Below the pieces are notes generated by a model, which ran no database searches, was not told the DNA's origin, and saw only the letters and a program-made list of their open reading frames with translations. A stretch of DNA of 64,000 bases from Takakia lepidozioides. Lineage: Eukaryota > Plantae > Bryophyta. This document shows, piece after piece, positions 61,858-64,000 of this stretch; positions within the stretch are counted from its first letter, which is position 1; each line of letters opens with the position of its first letter. A program made the translations under genes and the position numbers. Location: contig CM060734.1 in the NCBI GenBank assembly GCA_030704615.1, forward strand, positions 17,856,001-17,920,000, in the 5' to 3' direction.

Positions 61858-63305
61858 TTATTTCATATATGGCATATTTGGTTTCCATCCTTTCTGTGGA
61901 ACAACATTTGGGATATCCTTCATCCACTTATCATACTCTTCATCACTAAAAAGTCTCCATTTCATTCTTGCCTGCGTCCCATATCGTTCTATTTCTGAGT
62001 CAGTCACATGAACATTAAACTCTGAGTGAAAACGACGTCCATTATGAGTATACGAAAATCCATCAATTGGGTTGAGCACCACCGGTTCTCCAAAAATGTT
62101 GGCCCCTTCAACACATCCCGGTATATAGCCAGGATCAGACTCAACCAAGTGGTCATGTTGCTCATGTACTGCCTTTGAGTTTGGAACCATGTCTCCTGTG
62201 CCCTGGCTGCTAAAATACTCCTCTGAAGTAACAGATTCATAGTAGAAATTGTTCTTTGTATCACCTTGAACCACCTTGCGAAAACGTCGTTGATCATCTG
62301 TATACCAATATCCATCTTCAACCTCGTATAAGGGATCAACCAATGGGGAAGTGCGTCCCAAATACTCCCTCCCAGCTTCCACTTGTGAATCAGATGTCAT
62401 CTCTGTAACGCCCAATGTAACTGTTGGATGTGTTGCAGACGGCTCTTCGAATAACCGAACTTGTTGTCTGATCCCATCTAGTGAATGTCGACGTACTTCA
62501 ACAGCCTGCAGTGGACTTTCTTCATCATGTGTTATAGATACTTGTCTGCATGACTGTTCTGGTGTATTATCGACATGTGTTTCAACTCCACATACTTGTA
62601 CACTAGGTGTGTTTGGAGCTCCCAAGGTGCTTTCTACATGCACATCATTGTGCATGTCATCTTTATGTCGTTTAGTACTTGTGGCCGCTTGTTCCGGTGA
62701 AACGGACATTCTATGCTTGCGGGACTGCTCCATACGTGGTAATTCTAGTGATGGAGACCCCATTGACTGACCCATATCATCAAGTCCAAGTACACTGGAA
62801 GTGTCTTCATCAGACCCAGTACTGGAGTCGTTCTTTTCGTCATCTATATCTCTGGAGTCCTCGTTTTTTTCAGAACCCTGCTCTTCACTTTCATCCCATT
62901 CCTCTATCACCTCTTCGATATCGTCATCTGGAATGTCCAATGCCTCACCTATCCTCTCATACCATGATTTCACATGTTCACGTAAATTGTGAAGAGTAGA
63001 TGCCCATCTGAATGCTTGAATGGACGACATCCTGCATTTGTTTGTTTTGCGAATGTGTACACACCTTGACGACATTTTGCAGCGCCCACATCCAGGTAAC
63101 CCTTCAGTGCTTCAAGTGTTGTTGGTGTGTCTGGATATTTTTTTTCTGCTGCCGGCAATAGAAACAAGATGTTCCAATACTCCAAACTACCCAGTCCCAG
63201 TAGAGGGTTGGGTTCTCCTCTGATGCTGTTGTATGCCTCCGCTGGGGAATCTTGACTCCATTGACTCCTTGTGCTGAGATTTAAAGAATCCAGGGGCCAT
63301 GACAA
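61858..63305 (-). CDS. Hypothetical acidic protein, frameshifted, probably TE-associated
   Basis: 405-aa D/E/S-rich ORF plus an overlapping upstream 111-aa ORF in another frame. No domain recognised. Confidence 0.4.
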
Positions 63306-64000
63306 GAGGGAAATTTAACTGAAGACAAGGAACCCTGATACTAAACTCCCACCCAAGGACTATGACTTAGTCAGTGGCGACCTTAGCTGGCGGCAATGGA
63401 GATTACAGAAAGAGGAAAAGTGTTGGACGCCCTGATCAACCCTGCGATTAGTGCTTAAACAGGAGGGGGGGATTAGGGGTTAGTGGAAGAGAAAGGCGAA
63501 AGAGGGAGCCGAGGTACTGGGAGAAGCGGGAAGCGCTGATGAGAGGCGGTCTATTAATTAGAGGCGGCTCCGGTACGTCCAGCTGGGGGTGTTGAATGAT
63601 TAGAAGAGATAAAAGAGGGAGAAAGCCTTGGGGATGAACTATGGTGAACGTACATAGAACATATCAAAGTGTAGCTTGTTTGACGGAGAAACAGGATGAA
63701 GGGTAATGTTGCCATAGATCAAGAGCAACGATGAGAGAAATTTGTGCCAACTCGAAGGTGGAAGATGATACGACCGTTGGTGGCCGTGGGGCTCCGCCAT
63801 CGCTCCCCCCGCTCGAGCTCCTCTCAATATTTTCAAGGGTATTGGAAGTCAATTAATTTGAGTGAAAGGGCCTCCGTCCCCTCTCTTTAAAAAATAAAAT
63901 AAAAATAGTTTGGCTGACTGACGAAGTTCATTTTCGAACTTTTTTTCGGATGGGTATCTCATGCAAGGGAAGTGAGTGTAGAAGTAGTGGATGGGTTGTG

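Overview
Nuclear DNA from a non-flowering land plant. The evidence is a captured flavodiiron (FLV) exon, many PLS/DYW PPR fragments and GT-AG introns. Only one apparently normal host gene is present, a multi-exon TIME FOR COFFEE homologue (7928-17428, +). The rest is nested transposon sequence. The most striking element is an 18.7-kb Ty3/Gypsy insertion (41156-59862, - strand, 4-bp TSD agtt). Its polyprotein reads Gag - protease - DNMT3-like C5 cytosine methyltransferase - RT - RNase H - integrase - PHD finger. Its LTRs are circularly permuted (X ... U X U), as if a 2-LTR circle had been opened at an internal CA-gc-TG site. Its primer-binding position looks self-priming rather than tRNA-primed. 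Nested inside it are a 5-kb TIR element packed with shuffled PPR/E/DYW fragments and a CACTA TnpA-like gene followed by an FCP1-like domain. The window also holds a TIR family with TAGGGAATTCC ends, 6-bp TSDs and palindrome-rich ~340-bp TIRs. Its 10-kb copy carries captured xylose isomerase, FLV and ITPK exons, an intact 4-exon BED-like zinc-finger gene and a LINE. Elsewhere are an in-frame UPF1-KEA3 exon chimera, SINE-like elements and an 8-bp-TSD hAT MITE. All protein assignments come from motifs recognised by eye; no database searches were run.
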